Shown here piece after piece: positions 18,352 through 28,600 of a stretch of DNA of 48,114 nt. The notes beneath the pieces were generated by a model. The model was not told the DNA's origin, made no database searches, and saw only the letters and a program-made list of their open reading frames with translations. The DNA comes from an uncultured Saprospiraceae bacterium (GTDB lineage: Bacteria; Bacteroidota; Bacteroidia; Chitinophagales; Saprospiraceae), in assembly GCA_947311105.1 (NCBI GenBank), contig CAMZKG010000090.1, forward strand, positions 1-48,114, given 5' to 3'. Made by a program: the position numbers and the translations under genes. How positions within the stretch are numbered: position 1 is the stretch's first letter; every line of letters begins with the position of its first letter.

Positions 18352-20709
18352 TTAAAATTTAAAACGGTAAGAAAAAGCCGGGATAATTGGAAACAAACTC
18401 ACCTTCTTAAAAGATTTCTGCCCCGTTCCATTGGGACTATAATCACGACCCAAATAAATAAAAAATGGGTTCTTGTGATTATAAGTATTATAAATACTAA
18501 ACACCCATGCTCGCTCGCCCCATCGCTTCTGCTTAGTAAACTCAATACCCAAATCCAAGCGATGATACGCCCCCATCCTAAAACTATTCTTCTCCCCTAA
18601 CACATTAAATGTTCGGGTATTTGGTTGCCCATTATACCCAACACCGACATAGCCTTTATACCCTGCAATCGGCAAAGATATCGCATTACCTGTACCATAA
18701 ACCCATGTGGCAGAGACACTTACGCGTTCTTTCAGCTGATGAGAGACCACCATTTCAAAGTCATGTCGTCGGTCATATTTGTAAGGAAACTCCTTTCCAG
18801 AATTGATATTGTCAAATTGGCGCTTATTCCAAGAGAGCGTATATCCTATCCAGCCTGTCGTCTTTCCAAATTTCTTTTGTATTAAAAATTCAGCACCATA
18901 CGCTGTCCCAAGTCCTTGCTCAATCTTATTTTCCCAGCTCTCTTCTAAATTAATAAAGGTAGCGCCTTCTTTATAAGACACGACATTTTTCATTTTCTTA
19001 TAATAAGCTTCTACGCTCACTTCTATGTCATCCCTTACAGTCGTCGCCGCACCTAATGCAGCCTGCCAAGAAGTCTGTGGTTTTATCTTTTCCGTACTAG
19101 GCACCCACAAATCTGTGGGCAGGCTCAAAGACTCGTTCGTCAACAAATTTATGTACTGTGCCATCGTGGTAAAAGAGCCTTTCAGCGACCATCTATCATT
19201 CAATAGATACCGCAATCCAATTCTAGGTTGTGGATAAAAATACTGGGTTTTCTTTTCTTTAAATCCAGACAGATGCACGCCAATATTTGCTTTCAAAGCC
19301 CCCAAAGTCATATCGTCTTCTACATATCCATAAAACTCATGTGAATACCGCTTATTTTGTCCGATGTCAATTTTAAAAGGATCTGAACTACTTTCGGCCT
19401 TAATCGACAAAGCGCCAGGATGATAAGTATGATAAGTATTGCCCACTCCAAAACGGATATAATGCTTCGGATTGGGGATGAAATCAAAATCAACCTTGCC
19501 AGCCCAATCATATATCCCGGAAAAATAACGTACATCAAAAGTCTCCAAATTGCCATTAGCCTTATCTTCTTCTCCGACCACAAAATCAAACTTAAATCGG
19601 CTATAAGTCATCGTCGTATTTGCAAATAACTTCTTGGAAATCATATAGTTCCACCGTGCAGCGGTGGTAATATTACCCCAATCTATCCCTGCTTTTTCTA
19701 CAAAATAATCTCCATTGGGCGATTTGTCTTTGATGTTTGTCCCAAACACATCCGCCCCCGAATAGGCACTCAAATAGACACGATGCTTATCGTTTATTTT
19801 ATGGTTAATTTTTGCATTCAAATCATAAAAATACAGCTTCATTTTAAAATCTGTATCGCTACCTCGAGACGCCGCCTTGATAAAAGGCTTGGCAATAAAA
19901 TCCGCATACGTACGCCTTGCGGAAACCATAAACGATGTTTTCTCCTTTTGGATGGGCCCTTCCAGTGTCAACCGAGAAGAAATCAAGCCGATAGAGCCTT
20001 CTCCATGAAACTCCTTGTTATTTCCTTCTTTCATATTTATTTCCATGACAGAAGATAGGCGTCCCCCATACCTTGCGGGAAAACCACCCTTGGTCAATGT
20101 CACATTCTTTATGGCATCTGAATTAAATACCGAAAAGAAACCCAACAAATGCGATACATTATACACTGGCACTCCATCCAAAAGGATTAGATTTTGGTCA
20201 GGACTACCGCCACGTACATACATCCCGCTTTGGCCTTCACCACCCGACTGTACGCCTGGCAAAAGCTGCAAAACCTTTAACACATCGACTTCTCCTAATA
20301 GAGCGGGTATCTTTTCTATCTGCTCGACAGGCACCGATACTTGGCTCATTTGAGTTTCTTTCTGAATTTTTTTTGTCTTTTCGGCAACGACCACCACTTC
20401 TTCAATCACGGAGTTAGGTGTCAATACAAAATTGATAGTCATATCCTTATCCAGCATTATCTTCTTCGTAACTGCTTGATAACCAAGATATGACGCGATT
20501 AATTCCACTTCGCCTTTCGGCAAAGTCAAACTATAAAACCCATAAGTATTGGATGTAACTCCTGCGCCAGAGCTCGCTTCAAACAAGTTGGCGGCGATGA
20601 GTTTCTCCCCTGTTTCGGAGTCTTCAAAATAACCACTAATGGTATAATCTTGGGCTTGTAATGTTATGCCTAAAAAAAACATTAAGCATAATAGTAACTT
20701 TGTTTTCAT
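18352..20709 (-). CDS. TonB-dependent receptor with N-terminal carboxypeptidase-regulatory-like domain
   Basis: ATG 20709 gives signal peptide MKTKLLLCLMFFLGITLQAQ; the ORF opens at TTG 20745. CarbopepD_reg-like segment (YTISGYFEDSETGEKLIAANL), plug motifs (DVLKVLQLLPGV, YVRGG, LLDGVP). Long beta-barrel ending in ...FSYRFKF. Confidence 0.88.
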   Translation of the reverse strand: MKTKLLLCLMFFLGITLQAQDYTISGYFEDSETGEKLIAANLFEASSGAGVTSNTYGFYSLTLPKGEVELIASYLGYQAVTKKIMLDKDMTINFVLTPNSVIEEVVVVAEKTKKIQKETQMSQVSVPVEQIEKIPALLGEVDVLKVLQLLPGVQSGGEGQSGMYVRGGSPDQNLILLDGVPVYNVSHLLGFFSVFNSDAIKNVTLTKGGFPARYGGRLSSVMEINMKEGNNKEFHGEGSIGLISSRLTLEGPIQKEKTSFMVSARRTYADFIAKPFIKAASRGSDTDFKMKLYFYDLNAKINHKINDKHRVYLSAYSGADVFGTNIKDKSPNGDYFVEKAGIDWGNITTAARWNYMISKKLFANTTMTYSRFKFDFVVGEEDKANGNLETFDVRYFSGIYDWAGKVDFDFIPNPKHYIRFGVGNTYHTYHPGALSIKAESSSDPFKIDIGQNKRYSHEFYGYVEDDMTLGALKANIGVHLSGFKEKKTQYFYPQPRIGLRYLLNDRWSLKGSFTTMAQYINLLTNESLSLPTDLWVPSTEKIKPQTSWQAALGAATTVRDDIEVSVEAYYKKMKNVVSYKEGATFINLEESWENKIEQGLGTAYGAEFLIQKKFGKTTGWIGYTLSWNKRQFDNINSGKEFPYKYDRRHDFEMVVSHQLKERVSVSATWVYGTGNAISLPIAGYKGYVGVGYNGQPNTRTFNVLGEKNSFRMGAYHRLDLGIEFTKQKRWGERAWVFSIYNTYNHKNPFFIYLGRDYSPNGTGQKSFKKVSLFPIIPAFSYRFKF

Positions 20710-20896
20710 TGTTTGTTTATCTTTGGTTAAGTTAATCTTCGGCAAATATAGCTCCCTTTTAGCATGTGATATTTGACTTTAAGATAACTTTAACGTCATT
20801 TGCTCAAAAACAGCCAAAAATCAATTGGACTAAAAGCCAACCTGCCCATAGCTTAAACCTAGGACGACGACAATTTTTAATAGTTACAGCTCCAGA

Positions 20897-20932
20897 CAAA
20901 AAAAAGGGCTAAACTTCCGTCTAGCCCTTTTT
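20897..20932 (-). terminator. Intrinsic terminator downstream of ompH/skp
   Basis: Stem GGGCTA/TAGCCC (20906-20911 and 20922-20927). The minus strand reads hairpin then T8. Confidence 0.65.
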
Positions 20933-20983
20933 AAGGTAAATGTCTGAGTCCTATTTAAGCAATGACTTTAGGCTGGTTTCAGT

Positions 20984-21014
20984 TGAACAATTGCACGCTT
21001 GCACAATTGAACAA
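20984..21014 (+). repeat. 31-nt CAATTG-rich motif, copy 1 (TGAACAATTGCACGCTTGCACAATTGAACAA)
   Basis: Identical except for one base to 48035-48065 in the same orientation. A degenerate inverted copy lies at 21710-21734. This copy sits between the ompH stop codon and its terminator. Confidence 0.8.
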
Positions 21015-21030
21015 TTCAACATCCCAATAA

Positions 21031-21540
21031 TTACAATTTATCATACTTTGCCTTTACCAAAGGAGCCACATCTTCTGTTTCTTTCGCAAAAAGTAGGGCG
21101 TTCATCATGCTCGCATCCAAGATAATGGAGTATTTGCCTTCTTTACCTATCTCTTTGATGATTTTATCCAATTTTTCTAAAATTGGGGTCAACAATTCCT
21201 GACGTTTAAGCCCCAGCATCTGCTCCGCCTTTTTTGCATATAGTTGGACTTGTTGATCCGCTGCATAAAAGGATTGTTCTTTTTCTTGTGCCTGTAAGGC
21301 GGTCATGTTACCCCGATTTTTCTGATAAGCTTCGACATCAGCCTTGAGTTTGGTATCCATTTGCTGTAAAGTATCCATCAATGTCTGCTGATAAATCTGC
21401 AACATCGAGTCAACATCTGCGACTTCAGGCAAGTCTGCCAAGAAGTTTCCCAAGTTAAAATGCCCTACTTTTTGTGGTGTTTGCGCCTGCATTTGGCCTG
21501 CAAAAAGCAATATCACGGCAAAGAAAAATATTTTTTTCAT
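21031..21540 (-). CDS. OmpH/Skp-family periplasmic chaperone
   Basis: 169 aa. Signal peptide MKKIFFFAVILLFAGQMQAQ, then a coiled-coil-rich body (LQQMDTKLKADVEAYQKN...LQAQEKEQ). Size is typical of OmpH. Confidence 0.8.
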   Translation of the reverse strand: MKKIFFFAVILLFAGQMQAQTPQKVGHFNLGNFLADLPEVADVDSMLQIYQQTLMDTLQQMDTKLKADVEAYQKNRGNMTALQAQEKEQSFYAADQQVQLYAKKAEQMLGLKRQELLTPILEKLDKIIKEIGKEGKYSIILDASMMNALLFAKETEDVAPLVKAKYDKL

Positions 21541-21923
21541 TAATTTTGTTTTTGTGTGTTCAAGTAGTTTTGCGCAAAACCTTTCAGTTCCGCACTATCC
21601 AAACGCAAAAATACCATTTATTCGTGGACTTTCAAACGAGTTAACAATGTATTAAACAGAAAATCCACCCCCCATCGCCTTACTCATTGATAATCAACTA
21701 CTAACACATTTGCGCAAGCGTGTGAATTGTTCAAAAATACAACTTAGGACACGAATTACACAAATCCCATTATGTCGTAATTAGCGGAATTAGCGAAAAT
21801 TTGCGTCAAAAAACAATTAGGATACAAATTATGAGTAGGTATAAGTCTAGGTGTAAGTCCAGCGTGACCAAAGACCAAAAGCGACGAAGGAGCGCACCAA
21901 AGACTAAAAGGGCGTAGCCCGCA

Positions 21924-22793
21924 CTACCCCACCCCAAACCGATACCGAAACCCTTCCATCCCTTGCAATCCCCCCGTATGAACCACCAACAGCTGACTAC
22001 CTTTCTCAAAATACCCATCCAAAATTAAGTCATTGAGTCGATACCAAAGTTTACCGTTATAGATTGGTTCGAGCGGGATTTTAGTACTTGCGTAAAAATG
22101 GTTCATAAAATCAATCAGCTCAGGCTTCCATTTGGCAAATCCCCCAAAATGTCCATCTTTCCAAATCTGCCAGTTAGCATATTCCTTATCCAAAAAATCC
22201 GCCACCATCTCATCCACAAAATCTCCTTTCAGAGAAGAAAAACCCATTACACGATCCGTTGATTTCACGGCACGAATCAATCCCGCCATGGTCCCACCAG
22301 AGCCCACGCCAACACACCAAGTCATCGGCAGTCTATTGGGCATTTGCTCGTCCACTTCTGCAATAATTTCAGCCACGCCTTTTAGCGCAAGCGCATTACT
22401 ACCTCCTTCCGGAATAACATACGCATCGGGATAGTCCACAGCCATTTGAGCCAAAAAATCAGGTTCTTTTCTCTGACGATAAGTCGTTCTATCCAAATAA
22501 ACAAGTCGCATCCCAGCAGCTTGCGCAAAATCCAAAGTCGGGGACAATTCATCTAATTTATCTCCCCGTATCAGCCCAATGGTCTCGAACCCAAACATCC
22601 GTCCAGCAGCCGCTGTAGAATAAATATGATTGGAGAAAGCGCCCCCAAAAGTCAACAACCGTTTCTTACCTAAACGCTTCGCTTCCAGTAAGTTATACTT
22701 TAGTTTACGCCACTTATTACCTTGAACGTACTGGTGCAACAAGTCATCTCTCTTGATAAAAACTTGAACCCCAAATGCTCCCCACTTTGGCAA
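21924..22793 (-). CDS. PLP-dependent 1-aminocyclopropane-1-carboxylate deaminase / D-cysteine desulfhydrase family protein
   Basis: FIKRDDLLHQYVQGNKWRKLKYNL (PLP-lysine region) and GGAFSNHIYSTAAAG. The first canonical start is TTG 22793, but family-like N-terminal sequence (TPSPIQSVS) continues in frame upstream. The true start may be ATC 22844 (see findings). Confidence 0.8.
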   Translation of the reverse strand: MPKWGAFGVQVFIKRDDLLHQYVQGNKWRKLKYNLLEAKRLGKKRLLTFGGAFSNHIYSTAAAGRMFGFETIGLIRGDKLDELSPTLDFAQAAGMRLVYLDRTTYRQRKEPDFLAQMAVDYPDAYVIPEGGSNALALKGVAEIIAEVDEQMPNRLPMTWCVGVGSGGTMAGLIRAVKSTDRVMGFSSLKGDFVDEMVADFLDKEYANWQIWKDGHFGGFAKWKPELIDFMNHFYASTKIPLEPIYNGKLWYRLNDLILDGYFEKGSQLLVVHTGGLQGMEGFRYRFGVG

Positions 22794-22913
22794 GCTAACG
22801 GACTGTATGGGACTAGGTGTTTGTATGTTGGCTGGATCGTCGATGGTGGATTGTTTTTGAGAAAGGGGTAAGTTAGTTTGTTTTCTTTAAATTGTCAAAT
22901 GGCTATAGCACCA

Positions 22914-22950
22914 AACAAAAAAAGGGCGTCACAAATCAATGCAACGCCCC
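22914..22950 (-). terminator. Intrinsic terminator downstream of metK
   Basis: Stem GGGCGT/ACGCCC (22924-22929 and 22944-22949). A T-run follows on the minus strand (A-run at 22914-22923 on plus). Confidence 0.6.
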
Positions 22951-22967
22951 GGTTCATTTGGTTAATA

Positions 22968-24221
22968 TTATAACTTAAAAGCTTTTTTTACTTTAGCGAC
23001 AAAGTCGAGTTTTTCCCAAGTAAACAGCTCTACTTGTTTCGTTTTGGTCTTGCCGTTATAGTTAAAAGTAATTTTTTTCTTTTCTGGTTGACGTCCCATG
23101 TGTCCATAAGCGGCCGTCTCGAAGTAAATAGGATTCTTCAATTTCAAACGCTTTACAATCCCGGCAGGACGCATATCAAACAACTCCATCGCTTTTTTTG
23201 CAATTTCTCCATCGGTCATATCCACTTTTGATGTACCATAGGTATTGATATATAAGCCAACAGGCTCCGCCACACCGATAGCATAAGCAATTTGCACCAA
23301 TAAATTATCGGCCACTCCTGCTGCCACCAAATTCTTGGCCATGTGTCGTGTGGCGTAAGCAGCAGAGCGATCGACCTTAGAAGGATCCTTTCCAGAAAAA
23401 GCACCACCACCGTGTCCGCCTTTACCACCATAAGTATCAACAATAATCTTACGCCCTGTTAGCCCTGTATCACCATGTGGTCCACCGATGACAAACTTAC
23501 CCGTTGGATTGATATGATACTTGATGGACTTATTAAAAAGCTTTTTGATTCTAGCTGGTAATTTTTTCATTACTCTAGGGATGAGAATTTTCTTCACATC
23601 GTCAGAGATTTTTTTCAACATCTTCTTTTCTTCATCAAAATCATCATGCTGCGTAGAAAGCACTATCGCTTCAATACGAATGGGTTTGTGGTCTTCGGAG
23701 TATTCTATGGTCACCTGAGACTTGGAGTCGGGGCGCAAATATTTCATCTGGCGTCCTGCCTTCCGAATAGCCGCTAATTCTTGCAACAACAAGTGCGACA
23801 AGTCCAAAGCCAAAGGCATATAATTGTCCGTTTCATTGGTCGCATACCCAAACATAATCCCTTGATCCCCAGCACCTTGTTCTTCTGCTTTCTTGCCGAC
23901 ATCCACCCCTTGGGCGATATCAGGAGATTGCTCATGGATGGCGGAAATCACCCCACAAGAGTTGGCTTCAAATTGATATTCCGCTTTCGTATAGCCAATC
24001 TTCCGAATGACTTCTCTAGCTGTTTCTTGTACATCGACATAGGCCTTTGAGCGCACTTCACCGGCAACTACGGCCAAACCAGTCGTCACTAGGGTTTCAC
24101 AAGCGACTTTGGCATTCGCATCTTGAATCAAAAAAGCGTCAAGTATTGCATCAGAAATCTGATCGGATACTTTATCTGGATGCCCTTCAGACACAGACTC
24201 TGAAGTAAATAGGTAGGACAT
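22968..24221 (-). CDS. metK: S-adenosylmethionine synthetase
   Basis: 417 aa. [67 protein letters not shown]. These are canonical MetK motifs. Confidence 0.97.
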   Translation of the reverse strand: MSYLFTSESVSEGHPDKVSDQISDAILDAFLIQDANAKVACETLVTTGLAVVAGEVRSKAYVDVQETAREVIRKIGYTKAEYQFEANSCGVISAIHEQSPDIAQGVDVGKKAEEQGAGDQGIMFGYATNETDNYMPLALDLSHLLLQELAAIRKAGRQMKYLRPDSKSQVTIEYSEDHKPIRIEAIVLSTQHDDFDEEKKMLKKISDDVKKILIPRVMKKLPARIKKLFNKSIKYHINPTGKFVIGGPHGDTGLTGRKIIVDTYGGKGGHGGGAFSGKDPSKVDRSAAYATRHMAKNLVAAGVADNLLVQIAYAIGVAEPVGLYINTYGTSKVDMTDGEIAKKAMELFDMRPAGIVKRLKLKNPIYFETAAYGHMGRQPEKKKITFNYNGKTKTKQVELFTWEKLDFVAKVKKAFKL

Positions 24222-24347
24222 ATTTTTTATTTTGTATTTAACACAAGTTCTTCTTGCTTTTGCAAGAGCGCAAAGTTAGGGAATGTTTTGATAATTAGTT
24301 GTTTTTTTGTGCAAGATTACTGCGAAGGGGAAGAGTGAAAGGTGAAG

Positions 24348-24367
24348 AGACGAACGGCCGTTCGTCT
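24348..24367. repeat. Palindromic interspersed element, copy P2 (perfect AGACGAACGGCCGTTCGTCT)
   Basis: Perfect 20-bp palindrome inside the 364-nt region upstream of metK. It is flanked by G-rich words (GTGAAAGGTGAAG, GTGAAGGGGGGAAAGGG). Confidence 0.85.
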
Positions 24368-24585
24368 GTATTGGCCATTCAGTGAAGGGGGGAAAGGGTT
24401 TCCAAAAATCTAAAACCCTAGTTATCAGTACCTTACGAACAAAAGCAATGTCGCGGGCGGTAGCACAAGACCCGGGCGGCAGCACTCAACTTCTCAACCA
24501 GCAAAGTCCGAAGGACAAGCGGCTCAACTCCTTCAACTCATAAGCACTTTACGCACTCATAAAAAATAACCGCCCCCTTACTATC

Positions 24586-25185
24586 TCAAAGAATTTTCAG
24601 TTCCAACACTCGTTCTTCTCCAATATACCCTTCAAACCGATCGCCAATCTTTATAGGCCCTACCCCAGCCGGTGTACCCGTAAAAATCATATCACCCATC
24701 TTTAACGTATAAAACTGCGATACATAAGCGATTATCTCATCAAACGGAAAAATCATATCTCGAGTATTACCCAATTGCACCTGCTCCCCATTTTTCCGCA
24801 AGGAATAAACAATCGGACTTTCCGGCAACGGCACAAACCGCCCTATCGCTGCCGAACCGTCAAAACCTTTGGCTAGCTCCCATGGCCAGCCTTTTTCCTT
24901 AAATTTCTTTTGCAAATCCCTTGCGGTAAAATCAATACCGACAGTGACTTCACTATAGTATTTGTGCGCAAATTTTGACTCTATGTGCCGCCCATTCCGT
25001 CCAATTTTTAGAACCAACTCCCCTTCATAATGTATCTCTTGCGAGAAATTTGGATAAAAAAAGGGCTTTCCGGGCATCAATTGCGAGCTATCGGGCTTTA
25101 AAAAAATGAGCGGCTCTTGGGGGACAGGATTATTCAATTCCTTGGCGTGGTCTATATAATTTCGACCGATACAGATTATTTTCAT
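24586..25185 (-). CDS. Fumarylacetoacetate hydrolase (FAH) family protein
   Basis: ATG 25185 gives MKIICIGRNYIDHAKEL; the ORF opens at TTG 25212. Also YEGELVLKIG, DFTARDLQ and GTPAGVGP, typical of FAH / 2-keto-4-pentenoate hydratase-like enzymes. Confidence 0.85.
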   Translation of the reverse strand: MKIICIGRNYIDHAKELNNPVPQEPLIFLKPDSSQLMPGKPFFYPNFSQEIHYEGELVLKIGRNGRHIESKFAHKYYSEVTVGIDFTARDLQKKFKEKGWPWELAKGFDGSAAIGRFVPLPESPIVYSLRKNGEQVQLGNTRDMIFPFDEIIAYVSQFYTLKMGDMIFTGTPAGVGPIKIGDRFEGYIGEERVLELKIL

Positions 25186-25250
25186 GGTTATGGCTTTCCT
25201 TGTTCGATGCAAATGTCGGTAAAATATTAGGAAGTTTGGTTTTTTTTTGT

Positions 25251-25514
25251 GCCTTTGGCGTTCAATTTGCCTGCGGCGTTCATTTGCCTGCGGCGTTCAT
25301 TTTGCCTACGGCGTTCAACTTGCCTGCGGCGTTCAACTTGCCTGCGGCGTTCATTTGCCTTTGGCGTTCATTTTGCCTTCGGCGTTCAATTGCCTTTGGC
25401 GTTCATTTTGCCTTCGGCGTTCAATTGCCTTTGGCGTTCATTTGCCTTTGGCGTTCATTTTGCCTGCGGCGTTCATTTGCCTTTGGCGTTCATTTTGCCT
25501 ACGGCGTTCATTTT
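25251..25514 (+). repeat. Tandem array: 15 contiguous units of a 17-18-bp motif GCCTNNGGCGTTCAWYTT(T)
   Basis: Unit starts read by hand at 25251, 25269, 25286, 25304, 25322, 25340, 25357, 25375, 25392, 25410, 25427, 25444, 25462, 25479 and 25497. A 35-bp higher-order pair occurs twice (units 7-8 equal units 9-10). The array fills the divergent intergenic region between the FAH gene and the giant T9SS gene. Confidence 0.95.
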
Positions 25515-25632
25515 AACGATTGCTCAATAGGACATCCAAAAATCTATGTCACAAGTTTTAAAATTATTGGTTTTTTTACTATCTTTACGCATCAATAAAA
25601 TAACATCTAGCTTTAATATATAAAAATCCACC

Positions 25633-28600
25633 ATGAAGCATTCCCATTTTTATTGTCTTTTGGTATTTCTTTTGTTTACTACTTCCGTTTTTGGTCAATC
25701 TATTTCGTTTACAAATCCAGATATTTTCTCCACTTGTAATGATGCAGAGTTTAAAGTTGACATCACAAACAATACTTCTTCAAATTTTGAGAGTGTTACA
25801 GTCCAATTCAATTTTCCCTGCGAAATTGAATATGTCGTGGGCTCCATCAATGGAGCAACCGAAGGAGATATCTCCGATTTGGCCCATCCCATCTTTAATC
25901 TAACTAATATCCCAGCAGGTGGCACAGTCACGCTTACCTATATGGCTCATGCTCCTTGCGCCGTTAATGCCTGTGTTGATGCAGGTCAGCTATTTAATTA
26001 CAGCCTAGATTTAGACTATACAGGAGGGCAATTGCACAATGTTTCTTCGGGTGATTTTGATATGGAAACGTCCTTACTCGTTTTCACGCAAGTGGATGCA
26101 CCAATATTACATGGTGTCAAAGGCCAAACCATCCTTCGTACTTTTACCGTAAGGAATACACGCCCCGGCGCCGTCAAATCTTTTACTTTTACAGATAGCC
26201 ATAGCCCTGGACTCGTCATTCAAACCAATGTCGGTACAGACATTTCTGTCTCCAATAATGAATTCAAACTATCCCTTAACGGAACTGATTTTACCAATAT
26301 CGGAGATGGTGATGACCTATTTGAACAAGACGAAGAACTTGTCATTATCGAAGAAATTTACATCGACATCTGCGGACAAGAACAAATTTCGGTCATCTCC
26401 AACATCAACCTAGACTGGGGCTGTGATGCCCAAATTTGCGCCACTTTTGACTTCACTGCCATTATTTATGTGGATTTAAACACTCAGGTTGGTGACATCT
26501 TAGCTTTTGACTCGGTGGTTGTCCAGCCGATATGCTATTGCAGTTCACAACCGCTCCGCGAGAGCTTAACCATCACTAACGTTAGCTCCCTAAATGATGC
26601 TTCTAACATAAACATTGTCTTCGATCCGCTCCTTTCAGGGCTATCTTTCCTAAATCGAAACGTCAAACTCGTGGCCAACGGAGACACGACCGAGATTACG
26701 ACCAATTTTGACAAGATATCAGACGCTGCTTGCATACCTTCCGAATCCAGTTATAGCATCATGGATTTCATCATTCCTAGTATTCCCGCCAACGAATCCG
26801 TCACCGTTTTTTGGGATATTGAAGTCTGCAATACCGAAATGTGCAACAACAACGGTGTATCTTGGAGCTATACAGGCTCCTACTTCAAAAATTGTACTTT
26901 GCCGACAGATACTTATCACCTTATTGGCCAGCACAGTATCATGCCTACCACGCTTGTCAGCGGAGCTATTGAAGCACTACCACTAGAAGACAACCAATTA
27001 CAAACGATAAAATATCATGTGGGCAGCTTGTATTTAGACAGCTTATCCGGCACTATGAAATTAGCCATTGAATTGCCTTGCGGAATGTCCATCCAAAATC
27101 CTGTGGATTGGAGCTTCGCAGGAGTCGCCGCGTCCAATGTGGACATTGCGACTAATGGAGATAACACATTGATAGACTTAACCTATCCATTGCCGATGCC
27201 CGACTCATCTGGATTTGTAGCCATTCCCGTTTTGTTTGTCAAAGACACCGTCTGCTACCCTGACATACCCACGCCCAAAGATAGCCTTTTGACTTCTTGT
27301 TCTATGGTTTGTGTAGGACAGGCAGGCTGCGAAAAAACTAGTAGCGGTGCAGTCATCAATGCAAATGTCACCTTAGCGTTGGATTCGGCCTGTGCCCCAA
27401 TTTGCCACCTACAAGATTGCAACATATTTACAACTACTTTTACAGGCAGCACATCGGGCGTTTGTATTGACACCGTACCAGGTTATGCGGCCTATACTTT
27501 TGATTTTTTCCGAACCACTTACGGTCAAGCCGACAATGACAACAACCACGAGCCTGATGGCGCTGGAGCCATTGACCTGAATGCCATCCGTACCGACCGA
27601 GCAGTCTATGGAGACAGCTTACATGCTGATATTCAAGGGGTTGTCATCACGGATCTTCCCAACATTTCCTTCCCTTATGGATACATTCAGTTTCGGATAA
27701 ATCCTGATTCATCTTTTGGCATTCAGCCTAGCTTAAAAGCCGTTGAACTAAAAAAATTACTTGATCCTGTCACCGGTTTTCAAAATTTCGATACTCATCT
27801 GCGGATTTTTGACAAAAGTGCGGGCACCTACTACTCCTGCCCCATCGTACCTGATGGCAACGCACCCATACTCGAAGGTCTAACTTTACAGTATTATTAT
27901 GATATATCCCCACTCTCTTTGATTGCAGCAGGAGGAAATGTACCCCAAAATTACACCTACGAGAAAGGAGATTCTATTTTATTTGAAGGGGATTATCGCA
28001 TCAATTACAATTTTGATAATGGCTCTGCTTTTGGCTTTCATAGCTTACTTTTGTCTCCTACTATTTTCCTTTCGGAAAATCCATTTCCGGCCCCCGAAGA
28101 TAAATTTGCGTGCAACTGCCAAGAAGAAAAACTCCAAATCGCAAACATTACCTACTTTTCCCAAAATGGCTTCTCCAGCTCCGTGGACATCTGTGGTGGA
28201 ACAACCCTTAATGGCGGCGTATTACTTCCTTTTTACTATGGGGTTTTTCCCAACTTCTTCCCCTATGAATACCGAAAAACCGCCGCACTCAACCAACTAA
28301 AAATGCCCAAAATAGAAGGGCTAAAGCTTAAAGAAAGCTTCATTGAATTTGCTACACTCAATGGGCAGTATATCTTGGATTATCCAGACTCTACGGTGGT
28401 ACCATATGGCTCCATTTTAATCGAGCCTATCTCCTTCCCTAATGAAGACCAAGAAGGGTTTTACATCTATGACTTGAGTGATTTCCCCGATTTATTTTGG
28501 GATGACAACGTATATATTCGGATGAAATTCAACTATGAAAACTTGGGCTGTAAGTTTACAGGATTAAACAATTACCAAGGGCAGCTTTCCAGTGACTTAT

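Noticed and set aside
20710-21030. Cobalamin or other riboswitch upstream of the TonB-dependent receptor
   Set aside because: The leader is AT-rich with no B12-box-like GC-rich core. It contains only the ompH terminator and the 31-nt motif.
24222-24300. SAM-II or SAM-I riboswitch immediately upstream of metK
   Set aside because: Only a small CTTGC-AAAA-GCAAG hairpin is present. I could not identify the pseudoknot with AAAGCU tail of SAM-II or the four-way junction motifs of SAM-I. A covariance-model search is needed before any call.
25200-25598. Three overlapping plus-strand ORFs (132, 89 and 93 aa) across the intergenic region
   Set aside because: All three frames are open only because the 17-18-bp tandem repeat lacks stop codons. 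The translations are low-complexity repeats (AFGVHF/CLRRS) and are not credible proteins.
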